Shown here: piece by piece, positions 29,507 to 37,773 of the stretch
Position numbering within the stretch: the stretch's first letter is position 1
How the letters are laid out: each line of letters begins with the position of its first letter
Source: an uncultured virus (IMG/VR IMGVR_UViG_3300020173_001350)
Taxonomy: Duplodnaviria; Heunggongvirae; Uroviricota; Caudoviricetes
DNA: 64,000 bases
IMG/VR virus record: IMGVR_UViG_3300020173_001350
Strand: one strand, 5' to 3'
Notes under the pieces: model-generated
The model's database searches: none
What the model saw: only the letters and a program-made list of their open reading frames with translations
What the model was told of the DNA's origin: nothing
Position numbers and translations under genes: made by a program

Positions 29507-30190
29507 TTAAATCTCCTCGAATAGCACGTTATTTACATATTCATCTTTATCTTTTTCGGATATACCCATTGCTAAAATAGATCTATGAAGATGCGGATTA
29601 AGCTTTTGATTTTGACAATACTTATTTAATAGAGGTGTTGTTTCACGCCGACTGTAAAATGTGTTATCATCAAGGTTGTCGAGATAATAATCTACCAAAT
29701 CAGTTGTCACTTGTATAAACTGATTAAGCTCATCATCAGTATTAATATTACCAACCGCAAGCATATCACTTGAAAAGATTTCTTTTGCCCACGGTGGTAA
29801 TTCACGTGGTTTATTCCATTCTAGGTTAGCAACTCGCCGTTCCATATAATCATGGTAAGGATGTGCAAAACCTAACAATGGTGAAAAGTCCATAAATGAT
29901 CCTGTAATCTTTTTGGGACCGGCAACAATATCAAACCCAAGAATAGGTAATTCAATATTTGCTTTTGGAAATACGTTAACGTGCATCAACCATAAACCTT
30001 TACCGTTTTCTGGTACAATGGTTTTCAAATGCGCTTTGTAGATTTGATCTGAATTCCAAAAGGTATCAGTCCATCCAGGAAAGTGCATATCATCAGTATA
30101 TTTTTGGTTATCATATCGCTTAAACTTATTATCAAATGAATTTGATATGTATTCAGCATAGCTGTTAAGCCGATCCCATAGTGGTGTCAT
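29507..30190 (-). CDS. pcyX: ferredoxin-dependent bilin reductase, PcyX-like
   Basis: MHVNVFP...PILGFDIVAGPKKITGSFMDFSP, RELPPWA..IFS, YCQNQKLNPH; near heme oxygenase. Confidence 0.85.
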   Translation of the reverse strand: MTPLWDRLNSYAEYISNSFDNKFKRYDNQKYTDDMHFPGWTDTFWNSDQIYKAHLKTIVPENGKGLWLMHVNVFPKANIELPILGFDIVAGPKKITGSFMDFSPLLGFAHPYHDYMERRVANLEWNKPRELPPWAKEIFSSDMLAVGNINTDDELNQFIQVTTDLVDYYLDNLDDNTFYSRRETTPLLNKYCQNQKLNPHLHRSILAMGISEKDKDEYVNNVLFEEI

Positions 30191-30354
30191 TTCTTTCTGC
30201 GTGCCCTTTTCAATTTGGCATATGCGTTTAGTAAGCGCGTTTCTCTTACTTGTTTCAACATTTTCCGCCTTCGCCTTGCGCTGATACTTCTTGAAAGTCG
30301 ATCTGCACGTTTCTTAGGTTTAAGGTTAATGTCTTCTAATGCGTTATCTTGCAT
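30187..30354 (-). CDS. 55-aa Arg/Lys-rich peptide (not in ORF track)
   Basis: SD AGGAGG; MQDNALEDINLKPKKRADRLSRSISARRRRKMLK...; ATGA overlap with pcyX. Confidence 0.65.
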   Translation of the reverse strand: MQDNALEDINLKPKKRADRLSRSISARRRRKMLKQVRETRLLNAYAKLKRARRKK

Positions 30355-30424
30355 TTGATTCCTCCTTAGAATATGTTGTATTATAGTATTATTTTATATC
30401 ACAAAACTTGGATTGTCAATTATA

Positions 30425-30964
30425 TTATGACAATTCATCAAATAATTTTGAGGCAAATTCAAAACACTTTTTTGCCTCGGGTGCCATGCTATCGTCAAGA
30501 AGTTTTCTAAACTCTGAGATAAGCAATTCTTTATCACCTTCAAACTCATACATAGTACCTGAGCCCGGTGCTTTCTTTTTGATTATTTGTCCACCGTGTA
30601 GTTCACCAAAATGCCTAGTATACATATGGGCAAGCAAACCATGATTGTTTTCAGATTCGGTAAGTTGACCAATATGGTTTTGGTATTCTTTTACGGATGT
30701 TGGTAATGCCGATGGGTGGCCAAATCCGTGTAGTTTTTCGAGTTCCTGCATATCAGCTTTGATACGGTCCGCTCGATATATAGCATTGAGATTAGGTGGA
30801 ATAATAACAGCATTTTCAAGTGGTGTATAATTGTGCCATTGGCAGACCAGGAATATATAATATTCGTAGTCCGATAACTCGCCTCTTAAAAGCTTACGAG
30901 CAAATGCCCGCCGTTCTGCTGCTTGATGATGATCCCACGTTAATTTTTTCAACTCGTTGCTCAT
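30425..30964 (-). CDS. hemO: heme oxygenase
   Basis: LKKLTWDHHQAAE (proximal His), AHMYTRHFGELHGGQII. Confidence 0.9.
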   Translation of the reverse strand: MSNELKKLTWDHHQAAERRAFARKLLRGELSDYEYYIFLVCQWHNYTPLENAVIIPPNLNAIYRADRIKADMQELEKLHGFGHPSALPTSVKEYQNHIGQLTESENNHGLLAHMYTRHFGELHGGQIIKKKAPGSGTMYEFEGDKELLISEFRKLLDDSMAPEAKKCFEFASKLFDELS

Positions 30965-30993
30965 TATAAATTTCCTCCGTGGTATGATATAGT

Positions 30994-31001
30994 TATTTAT
31001 A
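30994..31001 (-). promoter_or_regulatory. T4-type late promoter upstream of heme oxygenase
   Basis: TATAAATA 30 nt upstream of start. Confidence 0.65.
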
Positions 31002-31004
31002 ATG

Positions 31005-31034
31005 AAAAAAGGGGTGACAAATTAATGCCACCCC
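31005..31034 (-). terminator. intrinsic terminator after porin
   Basis: GGGGTGGCA-loop-TGTCACCCC followed by T6. Confidence 0.8.
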
Positions 31035-31060
31035 GTCTAAAATTTATACAATATTACTTT

Positions 31061-31855
31061 TTAAAATGCGAATGTCGCTGTTACAGATGGTGCATATGTT
31101 TCTGCATCAATGTCATAGTCAACAGCACCTTTTAGATCAATACCACCTAGGTCATATGTATATGAACCACCGATATTTTGTGCAAGATCATCCTGGTCAC
31201 CTGCAACATATGCAGTCAGGCCCATTACAGTAGCATCTGCTTCAAAAGCAATGTTCTCTGACGCAGAACCGTATGTTGCGGCACCACCTAGACGAACACT
31301 GTCAAGCATTCCTGCTGTATCAGCGCGGCCACCAACTACCCATTCTTCGGAATCAATGTTGTAATCACCTGCTGCAGTTATATTAGCAATGCCAACGTTC
31401 AGACCGTATGCACCTTGTACGTTAGCAATATCAGTTACGTCCGTACCAATATCAGTGAATGCCAACGCAACGGTTGCACTACCTACACCGAGAGACAAGC
31501 TTTCATCTGCCATTGTTGGTTCTTCAATTGTCGCACCAGATTCTGTGTCAAACCAAATGTTACCTTGGTCACCAAAAGACATTGCAACTCCTGCAACATT
31601 AGTACCCATTGACCAACCGTCAAGTGTTAGATCATTATCAGAGTCAACAACAAATTCCATTGAACCTGTTGCAGCGCCGTTTGTCAAAGCGCCATCAAAA
31701 CCGAATGAAGTAGTTGCACCCCATTTATCATTCAGACCTTCAGCGATTACTGTTTCAATTTCGCCACTAAGTGTGACTGCTGGTGTTGTTGCTTGATCTG
31801 CAAATGCCGCTGTACCCGCAAATACAAGGGCTGTTGTTGATAGAAATTTGGTCAT
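31061..31855 (-). CDS. outer-membrane porin-like beta-barrel (Rhodobacter type)
   Basis: Signal peptide ...TTAL...AAFA, VTLSG start, amphipathic strands, C-terminal Phe. Confidence 0.75.
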   Translation of the reverse strand: MTKFLSTTALVFAGTAAFADQATTPAVTLSGEIETVIAEGLNDKWGATTSFGFDGALTNGAATGSMEFVVDSDNDLTLDGWSMGTNVAGVAMSFGDQGNIWFDTESGATIEEPTMADESLSLGVGSATVALAFTDIGTDVTDIANVQGAYGLNVGIANITAAGDYNIDSEEWVVGGRADTAGMLDSVRLGGAATYGSASENIAFEADATVMGLTAYVAGDQDDLAQNIGGSYTYDLGGIDLKGAVDYDIDAETYAPSVTATFAF

Positions 31856-31884
31856 ATTACTTCCTTTATTGTTTGTTAAAAATA

Positions 31885-32155
31885 TGCCACATTTTCTGTT
31901 GCTAGGTAAGTGGCCAACCCCCTTTGATTACGCCGCTAGGGCAAATCCAGATGGTTTATAATTGTCATTTGCAATTAAAATTTTTGGCTTAATAACGTAG
32001 GCCAACACGGTAATCTACTCTCATCTCTTCACGTCCGTCGATCCTTGTTCTGCCCCATCATAAACACACTAAAATTATTGTCAATGTGTTTATGGTGGAG
32101 CAGCGCGGTACTGCCCCGCGGTCCGATCCATGCGTTGACTTGTATCAACGATTAC
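31885..32155 (-). ncRNA. ssrA: tmRNA, circularly permuted two-piece type
   Basis: Acceptor piece ending CTGCTCCACCA at 32093, 36-nt intervening hairpin, coding piece starting GGGGCAG at 32056 (G3-U70 pair), tag ANDNYKPSGFALAA* at 31972-31928; outer ends approximate. Confidence 0.92.
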
Positions 32156-32160
32156 TAGAT

Positions 32161-32189
32161 ATATATAAACTATTTTGCGGAAATGTCAA
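32161..32189 (-). promoter_or_regulatory. sigma70-type promoter for tmRNA
   Basis: TTGACA-17 nt-TATATA/T. Confidence 0.65.
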
Positions 32190-32233
32190 CCAAATAAAAT
32201 TTTTGATTATTTTTAGTGACTTAAATGATACAG

Positions 32234-32830
32234 CTATTCGTTAGGTATTTCAATATTAGGTAATTCCCAACCTGGCATACCTTCGGCAGGCGTATCTTCA
32301 ATCTGTGGATTGTTTTCACCATCAGTTACGTAAGTTTCATCAGTTACCAATGAAGTTTCATAGTCATGCGGATTACCTTTAATAACTCCTTTAGCACCAC
32401 CTGGTATGATAGTATCTGATATATCAAGGTAATCACCAGAAGATAATGTCCGCCCATCTTCAAGGACTACACCGATAAAGTCTCCTTCTTCACTATATGT
32501 GTACTCAGCAGCAGCAAACTTTGATGGAAAGATAATGGCATTTTGAGCAGAAGTAAAATGGTCAGGAAAATTAGTATCAGCTTCATATATTGAATCAGGA
32601 TCAAAAGTTACTCCATCAACCGCTGATACTCGAGCGGCAATATTACTAACTGACTCTCGGTTCATTCCTTTAAATGTGAATATACGAAAGCCATCATCAG
32701 ATGTACCGGTAAGCTCAACGCTATGACAGCCCAAGCTTAAACCCCATTCTTTAATTTCAATATCAGGAACAGGCACCCCGTTTCTATCCGGGAGCCTGAT
32801 CTCAAGTTCTGCTATATATTCTTTTGCCAC
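32234..32830 (-). CDS. acidic hypothetical protein
   Basis: 198-aa ORF with SD AGGAG. Confidence 0.6.
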   Translation of the reverse strand: MAKEYIAELEIRLPDRNGVPVPDIEIKEWGLSLGCHSVELTGTSDDGFRIFTFKGMNRESVSNIAARVSAVDGVTFDPDSIYEADTNFPDHFTSAQNAIIFPSKFAAAEYTYSEEGDFIGVVLEDGRTLSSGDYLDISDTIIPGGAKGVIKGNPHDYETSLVTDETYVTDGENNPQIEDTPAEGMPGWELPNIEIPNE

Positions 32831-32850
32831 TATAAACTCCTTTAGTTTAT

Positions 32851-33228
32851 TTATGCAGCAACCTTGTTCATTTCAGGACGGAAGGCAAATGCTACAAAAC
32901 CAATAGGAGCAACAACAATTACCTGACCTTCTTCATCAACGATAAGATCACCGACTGATAGTGAGTGCATACGAGAAAAGCGAGTGATTGCCGACTCAGG
33001 ACCCATATTACCAATTTCAAATACATCGTTTGCACTGTCAGCTTCAATGTTAGCAACGTGAGTATAAAACCCGGCAGTAAGTGCCTCGTCTGCCAAACCA
33101 CCAATTTTGTGACCAGCAAAGTCAAGATTCATTTTATTCCGAGCTTCAAATGCTGGTACAGTTTCGCCTGCGTTTACTTTGTCGGCGATTTCACGAGTCA
33201 TTTGAATTTGATATACTGAATAGTTCAT
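32851..33228 (-). CDS. hypothetical early protein, YodL-like motif
   Basis: YSVYQ...VFEIGN...HSLSVGDLIV. Confidence 0.55.
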   Translation of the reverse strand: MNYSVYQIQMTREIADKVNAGETVPAFEARNKMNLDFAGHKIGGLADEALTAGFYTHVANIEADSANDVFEIGNMGPESAITRFSRMHSLSVGDLIVDEEGQVIVVAPIGFVAFAFRPEMNKVAA

Positions 33229-33254
33229 GGTGTTTTCCTTTTGTTGTTGATTCT

Positions 33255-33283
33255 AATATAACTGATTCGACAACAAATGTCAA
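33255..33283 (-). promoter_or_regulatory. early promoter, GAATCAGT class
   Basis: TTGACA-N9-GAATCAGT-TATATT. Confidence 0.8.
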
Positions 33284-33307
33284 TGGTTAATTTAAGTTAA
33301 AAAGAAA

Positions 33308-33577
33308 TTAACCCCAATCTTTAAAATCTCGAACGATTTCTTCATTATACTCATACCCAGCATAGTACGCATCTTTTTCAATATCAGTCAGCTCAGCAAC
33401 GGCTTCAGACATTCCAGTATCACCAACATAGTAATGAGGTCGATAACCGCGCCCATAGTAACTATCCGCTGAGCCGCGGTCAAAAGGCCCTCCATGACGT
33501 GTATCATCAGAACCAAATTCTACATCATACACACGGCCTTTAAATTCAAAGGTGTTTGATTTTGCGCAATACCTCAT
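33308..33577 (-). CDS. hypothetical early protein
   Basis: RHGGPFDRGSADSYYGR...PHY; likely start 33577. Confidence 0.65.
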   Translation of the reverse strand: MRYCAKSNTFEFKGRVYDVEFGSDDTRHGGPFDRGSADSYYGRGYRPHYYVGDTGMSEAVAELTDIEKDAYYAGYEYNEEIVRDFKDWG

Positions 33578-33813
33578 CCTACAACCTCCATACCATTTGA
33601 ATATTCTTGAAGCCATCCACGGTCAATAGCATGAAGAACAATAATATTTTTATAGTGTTCGGATAGCCAAACGCCTTTTTCAACAGCCCATGCTTTCATG
33701 TCACGTTGAACCATTATTGATTGCTCACCTTGAACAGGCATAGCTTCAATACGGTTCATTTCTTCTTCGGCTATTTCAAAGCCATTGCGGGTTTCTTGAA
33801 TCCAAGGTTCCAT
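33574..33813 (-). CDS. hypothetical early protein
   Basis: SD AGGAG, coupled ORF. Confidence 0.6.
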   Translation of the reverse strand: MEPWIQETRNGFEIAEEEMNRIEAMPVQGEQSIMVQRDMKAWAVEKGVWLSEHYKNIIVLHAIDRGWLQEYSNGMEVVG

Positions 33814-33815
33814 TA

Positions 33816-34046
33816 TTATACTCCTAAAACTTCAATTTCTGCCAAGGTGGCAAAGCATTCATCAATATAAGATGAAGCATACACACCAGATAAGTCCATA
33901 TACATATCAGACTCAACAAAATTCCAAAAATCAGTTGAGCCAAAACCAGGACGAAGATTAAAGTCGTCACGGATTGCTTTGTCAAAGCTTTCAATTACGT
34001 CGGCTTTAATCATTGCGCCGTTATGAAGATGTGTAATTCTTGACAT
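33816..34046 (-). CDS. hypothetical early protein
   Basis: First ORF after early promoter; WNFVESDMY. Confidence 0.6.
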   Translation of the reverse strand: MSRITHLHNGAMIKADVIESFDKAIRDDFNLRPGFGSTDFWNFVESDMYMDLSGVYASSYIDECFATLAEIEVLGV

Positions 34047-34077
34047 TTGGTTTTTCCTTTGTTTACCTTATATAAAC

Positions 34078-34106
34078 AATATAACTGATTCTATACTAAA
34101 TGTCAA
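34078..34106 (-). promoter_or_regulatory. early promoter, GAATCAGT class
   Basis: TTGACA-N9-GAATCAGT-TATATT; TTAA-N7-TTAA at 34110-34124. Confidence 0.8.
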
Positions 34107-34130
34107 TAGTTAATTTCTTTTTAAACCAAA

Positions 34131-34688
34131 TTAATTCCTCACCGCGGTAAAAAAAGTATCCCATGCTTGTCCTTCCGCAAGTTTCATACATCTATACTCG
34201 GAATACATATCAGCAATCCATGTATCAAATAAACTTTGACGCATAAAGGCATAGTCAAACCTGATAGAATCAATATCAATAAATTTGAACTTAAGTTTAT
34301 CCAAATCTTGTATGATAAGGTTCCCAGGGTTTAAGTCATAGTGATAGCAGTAATATGTATCCTTAAGATCCAAAGAATATTCGGCAAATGCTGAGGTGAT
34401 TTTTTGTGATATGCTAAGTAACTTTTTTAAATCGTTAAGTATAGTTTCACTCGACCGCTCATATTTAATTTGCTGTGGAGTCAAACCTTCAACCGCTTCC
34501 ATAACAATTTTCTTGCCTGGTACAAAGTCTATAAGTTCTGGTGTTATGTCGGGAAATTTATTATATAAGCCATCATATAGCATTGCCCATTCTTCATTTA
34601 AATGGTGCCGATGGTGTTTAAATTCTTTTATATAATATGTCCCATCAAATGATACTGTATTATGAGGGTGGGATCTCATTATTTCCAT
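34131..34688 (-). CDS. protein kinase-like/phosphotransferase fold protein
   Basis: YIK, IVMEAVEG, HYDLNPGN catalytic loop, FIDIDS. Confidence 0.65.
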   Translation of the reverse strand: MEIMRSHPHNTVSFDGTYYIKEFKHHRHHLNEEWAMLYDGLYNKFPDITPELIDFVPGKKIVMEAVEGLTPQQIKYERSSETILNDLKKLLSISQKITSAFAEYSLDLKDTYYCYHYDLNPGNLIIQDLDKLKFKFIDIDSIRFDYAFMRQSLFDTWIADMYSEYRCMKLAEGQAWDTFFTAVRN

Positions 34689-34702
34689 AATATACTTTCT
34701 TG

Positions 34703-34951
34703 TTAATCGAAGTGTCCTCCAAGGACTGCAACTCTTTTAACATCTTCATTTATCATTTCTGCTTCACGGATTTTCCAGGCTTGTTCAAAACCGGTTTCGT
34801 GGATATAGTTTTCATTGTTATTCCACAACCTTTTGAAATATGAGTCATAGATATACTCGACTGTTTTATCACTTTCGGCTCGGTCAATCAACTGACCCTT
34901 TATCATCCAATTCATTCGGTTGGCTTCTTTACGTACAAATGGACTGCACAT
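34703..34951 (-). CDS. hypothetical protein
   Basis: SD GGAGG; late promoter upstream. Confidence 0.6.
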   Translation of the reverse strand: MCSPFVRKEANRMNWMIKGQLIDRAESDKTVEYIYDSYFKRLWNNNENYIHETGFEQAWKIREAEMINEDVKRVAVLGGHFD

Positions 34952-34997
34952 TGTGGGACCTCCTCTATAAAATAATATTTATGTCTGAAGATCCCAC

Positions 34998-35005
34998 TAT
35001 TTATA
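34998..35005 (-). promoter_or_regulatory. T4-type late promoter
   Basis: TATAAATA. Confidence 0.55.
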
Positions 35006-35041
35006 ATGTTACCGTTAACATCGCATTAATGAAACATAATG

Positions 35042-36007
35042 TTATGTAGGATTAATAACATAATGGACCAATAATACAAGAGCAACTGAAGCTCCAAGTC
35101 CTACCATCATCTTACCAAAGTCTTTAGCAACTAATGGGAATACAGATTTTGTTTTCTTTTTACCAAAGTACGTTGCCATTGCAAGTTCACGGCCTGCGAG
35201 CAAACCAACGAATACCCATGTTGTACTCATAGGAATATCATTTAGTTCTTTAAAGAAATACAGGCATAGCCAATAGAATAAGTCAATCAATGTCGCCGAT
35301 CGTACGTATCGAGTGTTATGCTTTTCCAAAACAATCTTTTGGATCTTACCACCTTTTTCTCTAAACATAAAGAACAAGCCGCCAATAAACACAATACTGA
35401 TAAACACCATTAGATCTACTGGAATGGCACGTGGTAGGAATACCGCAATGTTAGCAATATCGTGAGATAACCAAGTAAACCATAATCCACCTGTTGCTAC
35501 CCATTGGGCAATACGCCAAAACTTTTTATTACCTTCAGATACTGGTTGAGTTTCGTCGTACCATTTACCAAAATACTTATGGATAGCAAACCACACAGCA
35601 TAAGCAAATGCCGCGGCTACACCATAACCCATAATTGATTTCATAAGCATTTTTTCCAACACAAAGGTTGAAGCAAATACTGATAAGACCAAAAACGATG
35701 TTGAAACCGGAACACCCATTCGTGTTAATAAAACAAGAATAGCAGGTGCCGCGGCGTGATACCATTGTACTTCTTGGAATGGGATCTTATTCAAACGGCC
35801 GTAAGATATATCGCCACCATTCATATACCACCCATACCAGAGTGTATATAACAAAACAGCGGATGCCGCGGCCCATAATACCTTATAATTAAATCTTTCA
35901 TTGTTTGATGCCATCCAAGTACCGAGCGTTTGTACTGAATCGTTGGCAATAACTGCATATGCAGCAAGCAGGAATCCAATAAGACTCCACATTGTAAGTA
36001 GTTCCAT
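35042..36007 (-). CDS. multi-pass membrane protein, PiT-like phosphate permease
   Basis: Internal repeat ANDSVQT...PVSTS / HDIAN...PMSTT resembling PiT signatures; downstream of pstS. Confidence 0.6.
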   Translation of the reverse strand: MELLTMWSLIGFLLAAYAVIANDSVQTLGTWMASNNERFNYKVLWAAASAVLLYTLWYGWYMNGGDISYGRLNKIPFQEVQWYHAAAPAILVLLTRMGVPVSTSFLVLSVFASTFVLEKMLMKSIMGYGVAAAFAYAVWFAIHKYFGKWYDETQPVSEGNKKFWRIAQWVATGGLWFTWLSHDIANIAVFLPRAIPVDLMVFISIVFIGGLFFMFREKGGKIQKIVLEKHNTRYVRSATLIDLFYWLCLYFFKELNDIPMSTTWVFVGLLAGRELAMATYFGKKKTKSVFPLVAKDFGKMMVGLGASVALVLLVHYVINPT

Positions 36008-36027
36008 TTATTTTCCTCCGTTAAAAA

Positions 36028-36054
36028 ATAGGCGAAACTTTACATTCCGCCTAT
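36028..36054 (-). terminator. intrinsic terminator after pstS
   Basis: ATAGGCGGAA-TGTAAAG-TTTCGCCTAT followed by T-run. Confidence 0.7.
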
Positions 36055-36075
36055 CAGATTATTATATCATTTGAA

Positions 36076-37059
36076 TTAAAAATTGTCAACCATTTCTTGG
36101 GTGGCTGCCAACTCAGGATCACTTACTAGTCCATATTCAGCAAGAGGGCTATCGGGACCAGCCATATCATCAGAAACAAAGAACTGGATATATTCCTTAA
36201 GACCAGGAATAAAATCAATATGCTCCATTTTTACATAAAACTGCAAAGGGCGAGAGATTGGATACTCACCAGATGCAATTGTTTCAGTTGAAGGCGCAAC
36301 ACCATTTACATTTGCAGCATAGATTGAATCTGTATTATTCAACAAGAATGATAGACCAAACACGCCAATACCTTCTGGGTTATTTTTCAAACGATTTAAG
36401 GTTTCAGTATAGTCACCATCAATATCAATGCTTACACCATCAGTACGAACTTTCATACATTCTTTTTCGGCTTTCTTTTTATCTCCACCATTCTGTTTAA
36501 AGAACAAGTCATATGAACCGGCTGATTTACAACCTGATACCATAACCTTCTTATCAAACACTTCACGTGTACCATGCTTGGTACCTGGAATAAATGTTTT
36601 GATTGGACGATCCGGAAAGTTTGGATCTACTTCTTTCCAGTTTTCTGCATTTGATTTATTTGAAATTGCCAAATAGATATGCATAGGTGTAATGTTTTCA
36701 AACCCTTTAGTTTCTAAGCGGCTTGCAAATACGATACCATCATATCCAATACGAACTTCAACTGGCTCACTTACACCATTTGAAGCACACCGTGCAATAT
36801 CTGAATCTTTAATGTGTGATGATGAGTTTGCTATATCAATAGTGTTTGCGCCAACACCCTCACATAGTCTTTTACGTCCAGCACCTGAGCCACCTGATTC
36901 GATTACTGGTGTTGGAAAGTCAAAGTTTTCTCCAAAAGCCTCTGCAACAATTGCTGCATAGGGTAATACTGTTGAAGATCCAGCTACGTGAACTTGGTCA
37001 CGTGCAGTTGCCATAGTGGCAGTTGCTATTATAGCAACCATTAAGCTTAATAGTTTCAT
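36076..37059 (-). CDS. pstS: phosphate ABC transporter substrate-binding protein
   Basis: Signal peptide, AGSSTV.P, GGSGAG, IGYDGIVF, YPISRPL.FYVK. Confidence 0.92.
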   Translation of the reverse strand: MKLLSLMVAIIATATMATARDQVHVAGSSTVLPYAAIVAEAFGENFDFPTPVIESGGSGAGRKRLCEGVGANTIDIANSSSHIKDSDIARCASNGVSEPVEVRIGYDGIVFASRLETKGFENITPMHIYLAISNKSNAENWKEVDPNFPDRPIKTFIPGTKHGTREVFDKKVMVSGCKSAGSYDLFFKQNGGDKKKAEKECMKVRTDGVSIDIDGDYTETLNRLKNNPEGIGVFGLSFLLNNTDSIYAANVNGVAPSTETIASGEYPISRPLQFYVKMEHIDFIPGLKEYIQFFVSDDMAGPDSPLAEYGLVSDPELAATQEMVDNF

Positions 37060-37143
37060 TTAGTTCTCCTTTTGCTTGACGGCTTTACCCCGTCGCTCGC
37101 ATTAAAAAAGACAAAGTCTTTACCACTTTGCCTTAAATTATTT

Positions 37144-37183
37144 ATTAAAGAAACTTTAAAGTTTTGTGACAGTAGTGTAAAAC
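37144..37183 (-). promoter_or_regulatory. Pho-box-like 11-bp periodic repeats
   Basis: GTTTTAC-acta-CTGTCAC-aaaa-CTTTAAA-gttt-CTTTAAT upstream of pstS. Confidence 0.55.
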
Positions 37184-37594
37184 TTACAGCGCTTTATCTA
37201 AATTACCATGATTACCTTCGTGGCTAGGTGCTGTCCATCCAGAAGGTTTCAATAGATCTGGAAGCCCAAACGGATTAGGACGCCCCGGCTTAATTCCAGG
37301 CTCTTTTGCCATGTTAGCACTATAAACACGATCCCAAGCGTCATTAGCATCAACACCAAATACGTCGAGAGTGCCAATAGCAAAAACGCAAAGGTCAATG
37401 AGACCATCAACGATCTCTTCAGAATCTCCATTATTATATGCAGTAAGTGTTTCACTGAGTTCCTCCTGACACATTAGCAAACGGAACATAAGATACTTAC
37501 GCATCAATTCCTTATTATCTTTGTTTTCTTCAAACCAATCACGCACACCAAATTTGTTATGCATCATATAGATATCGTTTACCCAATCAGTCAT
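37184..37594 (-). CDS. MazG-like/PRA-PH nucleotide pyrophosphohydrolase
   Basis: QEELSE...EEIVDGLID...V..ANM.K...DL.KP.GW..P. Confidence 0.8.
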   Translation of the reverse strand: MTDWVNDIYMMHNKFGVRDWFEENKDNKELMRKYLMFRLLMCQEELSETLTAYNNGDSEEIVDGLIDLCVFAIGTLDVFGVDANDAWDRVYSANMAKEPGIKPGRPNPFGLPDLLKPSGWTAPSHEGNHGNLDKAL

Positions 37595-37763
37595 TATTTA
37601 GTACCTCATTTTTTAAAATTGCAATCTTATCTTTGATTTGTAGCCGTTTCTTTTTAGCAATAGTTATATATTTGTCTGGTGCATTTTCGGCTTCGAGTGC
37701 TTCCACAACAGTATTCTGATACCGCCATGCTGCCTCAAGTGTATTAAGCTTTGTGTTGTTCAT
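37587..37763 (-). CDS. small coiled-coil protein, DUF465-like
   Basis: KKKRLQIKDKI; likely start MNNTK. Confidence 0.55.
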   Translation of the reverse strand: MNNTKLNTLEAAWRYQNTVVEALEAENAPDKYITIAKKKRLQIKDKIAILKNEVLNND

Positions 37764-37773
37764 GGTGTTACCT

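Noticed and set aside
32078..32084. TTGACA inside the tmRNA intervening segment as a promoter
   Set aside because: Lies within the processing hairpin; no convincing -10 at proper spacing.
32093..32125. tRNA-like 3' half as an independent tRNA
   Set aside because: It is the acceptor/T-arm of the permuted tmRNA; no anticodon arm.
29507..37059. Cyanophage assignment from heme oxygenase, bilin reductase and pstS
   Set aside because: No photosystem genes in the window; Shemin hemA, permuted ANDN-tag tmRNA, AtpE and porin types indicate an alphaproteobacterial host.
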